This document shows, piece by piece, positions 61,041 to 64,000 of a stretch of 64,000 nucleotides of DNA (the stretch's first letter is position 1; the number at the start of each line of letters is the position of its first letter). This DNA is from the human T2T-CHM13v2.0 reference genome, Homo sapiens. A program made the position numbers and the translations under genes. The stretch lies in the NCBI RefSeq assembly GCF_009914755.1, contig NC_060940.1. The stretch is one strand, 5' to 3'. The notes beneath the pieces are model-generated. The model was not told the origin of the DNA and did not search any database. It was given only the letters and a program-made list of their open reading frames with translations.

Positions 61041-61205
61041 TCAGGGTTGGCAGCTTTTTCTGTTAAGGACCAGATAATATTTTACCTTTTGCTAAATATA
61101 AAATTCATAAGATCTCTATTGCGTCTCTTCTTTTTGTTAAAATGTAAAAACAGTTCTTAGCTTGCAGGCTGTACAGGTCGGAGGCTGCAGTCTGCTGACC
61201 CCTGG
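61041..61205. mobile_element. MER58-like hAT relic
   Basis: CAGGGTTGGCA...TTTTTCTGT start and TGCTGACCCCTG end form terminal inverted repeats. Confidence 0.6.
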
Positions 61206-61588
61206 TTTCAATACCTTGAAGAAAATAACTTCACCAACTCTGCTGCTGCTTAGAGCTGACTAATCGGCCCTAGCACTGATCTCTGAGTCAAGGGCTGTCA
61301 GCCAGGGTAGCAGTTCTGATTAGCTTCATGACATGGTGAGATCTGAGAGAGATTTAATTTTATAAGCTGAGATCCACATTTAGTTTTTGAAATCTGTTTT
61401 TCTTAGGTGGGGATTTGCTCCCTTGGTATTTGGTTTTGCTTTTGAAGTTTGCCTTGATCTCACTCTCCCACTTGGGGACTTGGAGAGCGTTGTGTTCCAG
61501 ACCCGCTGTCCTCTCAGTTGCCCACATTCTCTTTAGTAGACTTTCTCCTTGGTTAACCCGTGCTCTCTCCTCTTACCTCTCTTGATAG

Positions 61589-61673
61589 ATATGAGCCCCA
61601 GACTGACATCCCGCCTGACGTGGATACTGAACAGGACCGAGTTTTCTTCATTAAGGCAATTGCCCAGTTCATG
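61589..61673 (+). CDS. CLUAP1: CLUAP1 coding exon 3
   Basis: gatAG|A; encodes [28 protein letters not shown]; donor ATG|GTTAGT; 85 nt. Confidence 0.96.
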
Positions 61674-62243
61674 GTTAGTGGACACTTATTTTGTGGAGTT
61701 GTAAAATTAAATAAACTAGAAAGGATGACTCCTTGTTAGGGCGACTTTCAAACTGTGTAATTGAGTTTTTCTTTCTTTTTTTTTGAGATGGAGTCTCATT
61801 CTCTCGCCCAGGCCGGAGTGCAGTGGCACAATCTTGGCTCACTGCAACCTCCGTCTCCTCGGGGGTTCTCCTGTCTCAGCCTCCCGAGTAGCTAGGATTA
61901 GAGGCACACGCCACCACACCTGGCTAATTTTTGCATTTTTAGTAGAGACTGGGTTTCACCATGTTGGCTAGGCTGGTCTCAAACTCCCGACCTCAAGTAA
62001 TCCACCCTCCTTGGCCTCCCAAAGTGCTGGAATTACAGATGTGAGCCACCACGCGCCTGGCCTGAGTTTGCTTTCTAAAACCATTCCATTGCTGGGTTTC
62101 TGTGGCACCATTTCACCAGCGAAGTTCTTTTTGTTTGTCTTTTAATTCATTATTTGTTAAGAATTTTGTTTATGCCAGGTGTGGTGGCTCACGCCTGTAA
62201 TCCCAGCACTTTGGAAGGCCGAGGTGGGCGGATCACGAGGTCA

Positions 62244-62477
<234 letters not shown>

Positions 62478-62839
62478 TTATTTATTTTTGAATAGATAAC
62501 ATATTTCATGGCTCACAAATTGAAAGTAGGCTGGGCGTGGTTGTTCATGCCTGTAATCCTAGCACTTTGGCAGGCCAAGGTGGGAGGATAGCTTGAGTCC
62601 AGGAGTTTGAGAACAGCCTGGGTGATGTAGTGAGATCCTGTCTCTACAAAAAATAAATTTAAAAAAAATTAGATGGGCCTGGTGACACGTGCCTGTAGTC
62701 TCAGGTGCTTGGGAGGCTGAGGTGGGAGGATTGCTTGAGCCCGGGAGGTTGAGGCTGCAGTGAGCCGGGATCATGTCATTGCACTCCAGCCCAGGTGACA
62801 GAGTGAGACCCTATCTCAAAAAAAAAAAAAAAATTAAAA

Positions 62840-62934
62840 ACATTATGAAACAAAATGGAGTAAAATGACTTTTTACCCTATCTGCCCTGGGCCAAGTTCC
62901 ATTCCAAATAACCACTATTTTAAATCTCTTCCAG

Positions 62935-62977
<43 letters not shown>

Positions 62978-63410
62978 AAATAAAAATATATATTTTTCCT
63001 TTGTTTTACACAAATGGTACTGTATTCTACTTGATGTACTTACTGTACACTACAAGATGTTTAGCATCTTGCTTTACTTAATGGTATATTTTAGAGAACT
63101 TTCCAAATACGTATAGAATTTCCTCATTCTGTTTACGCCTGAGTGGTATTGCTTGCATGGATTTGCCATAATTTATGTAATTTATATAGGTAGGCTTTTA
63201 GGTTGTCTGAAGCTTTGCTCTTTGGAACAGTGCTGTAACAAATAACCTGTACATCTCATTTTGTTTGTGTTTGAGTGTGTCCCTAGAATAAGTTCTTAGA
63301 TTTGGGATTGCTGGGTCAAAAGATATGTGCATTTGTAATTTTGATGTCTTTTACCAAATTGCTCTCCATCAAGATTGTCCCAGTTTATACAACCACTCAC
63401 AATGTTTGAG
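62840..63410 (-). mobile_element. Old L1 (L1ME-like) antisense fragment containing a (TG)n
   Basis: CCTAGAA...GGGATTGCTGGGTCAAA...CCAAATTGCTCTCCA motifs. Confidence 0.55.
62939..62976. repeat. (TG)19 microsatellite
   Basis: Read directly. Confidence 0.95.
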
Positions 63411-63546
63411 TCACTTGAATGCTTTGCTTTTATTAGGTTATATCCCAGTTGTCAGCAGAGGCATTTTCAACTCACCTACATGGGATTTAGTTTAGACATT
63501 ACATGGAAAGGGCCTTCAACTTTTTTTTTTTTTGGTCTAAAAATAG

Positions 63547-63747
<201 letters not shown>

Positions 63748-64000
63748 TAGTGGGCGATGGAGCGTTGATTTCTTGAGCTCTGAAGTGGAAGGAGTCTGCT
63801 ACAGCTCCGCTGCTTTTCTTCCTCCTCAGCTGAGGGCAGTTTGTCAGTTTTGTGCTCATCAGCATTTGGATAAAGTCAAAGTCACAATCCACTAATTCAA
63901 CTATTTATTAAAAGCTTAGTATTTGTCAGGTAGCATTCAAGCGCTGAGGATACAGTTGTGAACAAAAAGGACAAAAATCGTGTGTTTATTCTCTTCAGTT

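Overview
This is Alu-dense primate DNA, almost certainly human chr16p13.3, recognised from the encoded proteins. It contains most of NAA60 (+): an upstream 5'UTR exon, an internal CpG-island promoter at ~13.2 kb, five coding exons splicing to 242 aa, a U12-type AT-AC intron, a 3'UTR intron overlapped by antisense MIR6126, and a polyA signal at 42198. It also holds the whole of C16orf90 (-, 182 aa), a processed RPL18 pseudogene, and the promoter plus coding exons 1-4 of CLUAP1/IFT38 (+). The rest is about 70 Alu pieces, solo LTRs (THE1, MST, MER51A, MLT2), DNA-transposon, L1 and MIR relics, and a 95-bp VNTR. Most ORF-track entries are Alu or GC-rich artefacts. I see no new gene system. The best leads are (1) a possible post-transcriptional control module at the NAA60 3' end, where the minor intron separates the catalytic domain from the membrane anchor, and (2) an inverted copy of an AluY plus its unique 3' flank about 3.4 kb away. 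Repeat subfamily names and edges were assigned by eye and are approximate.
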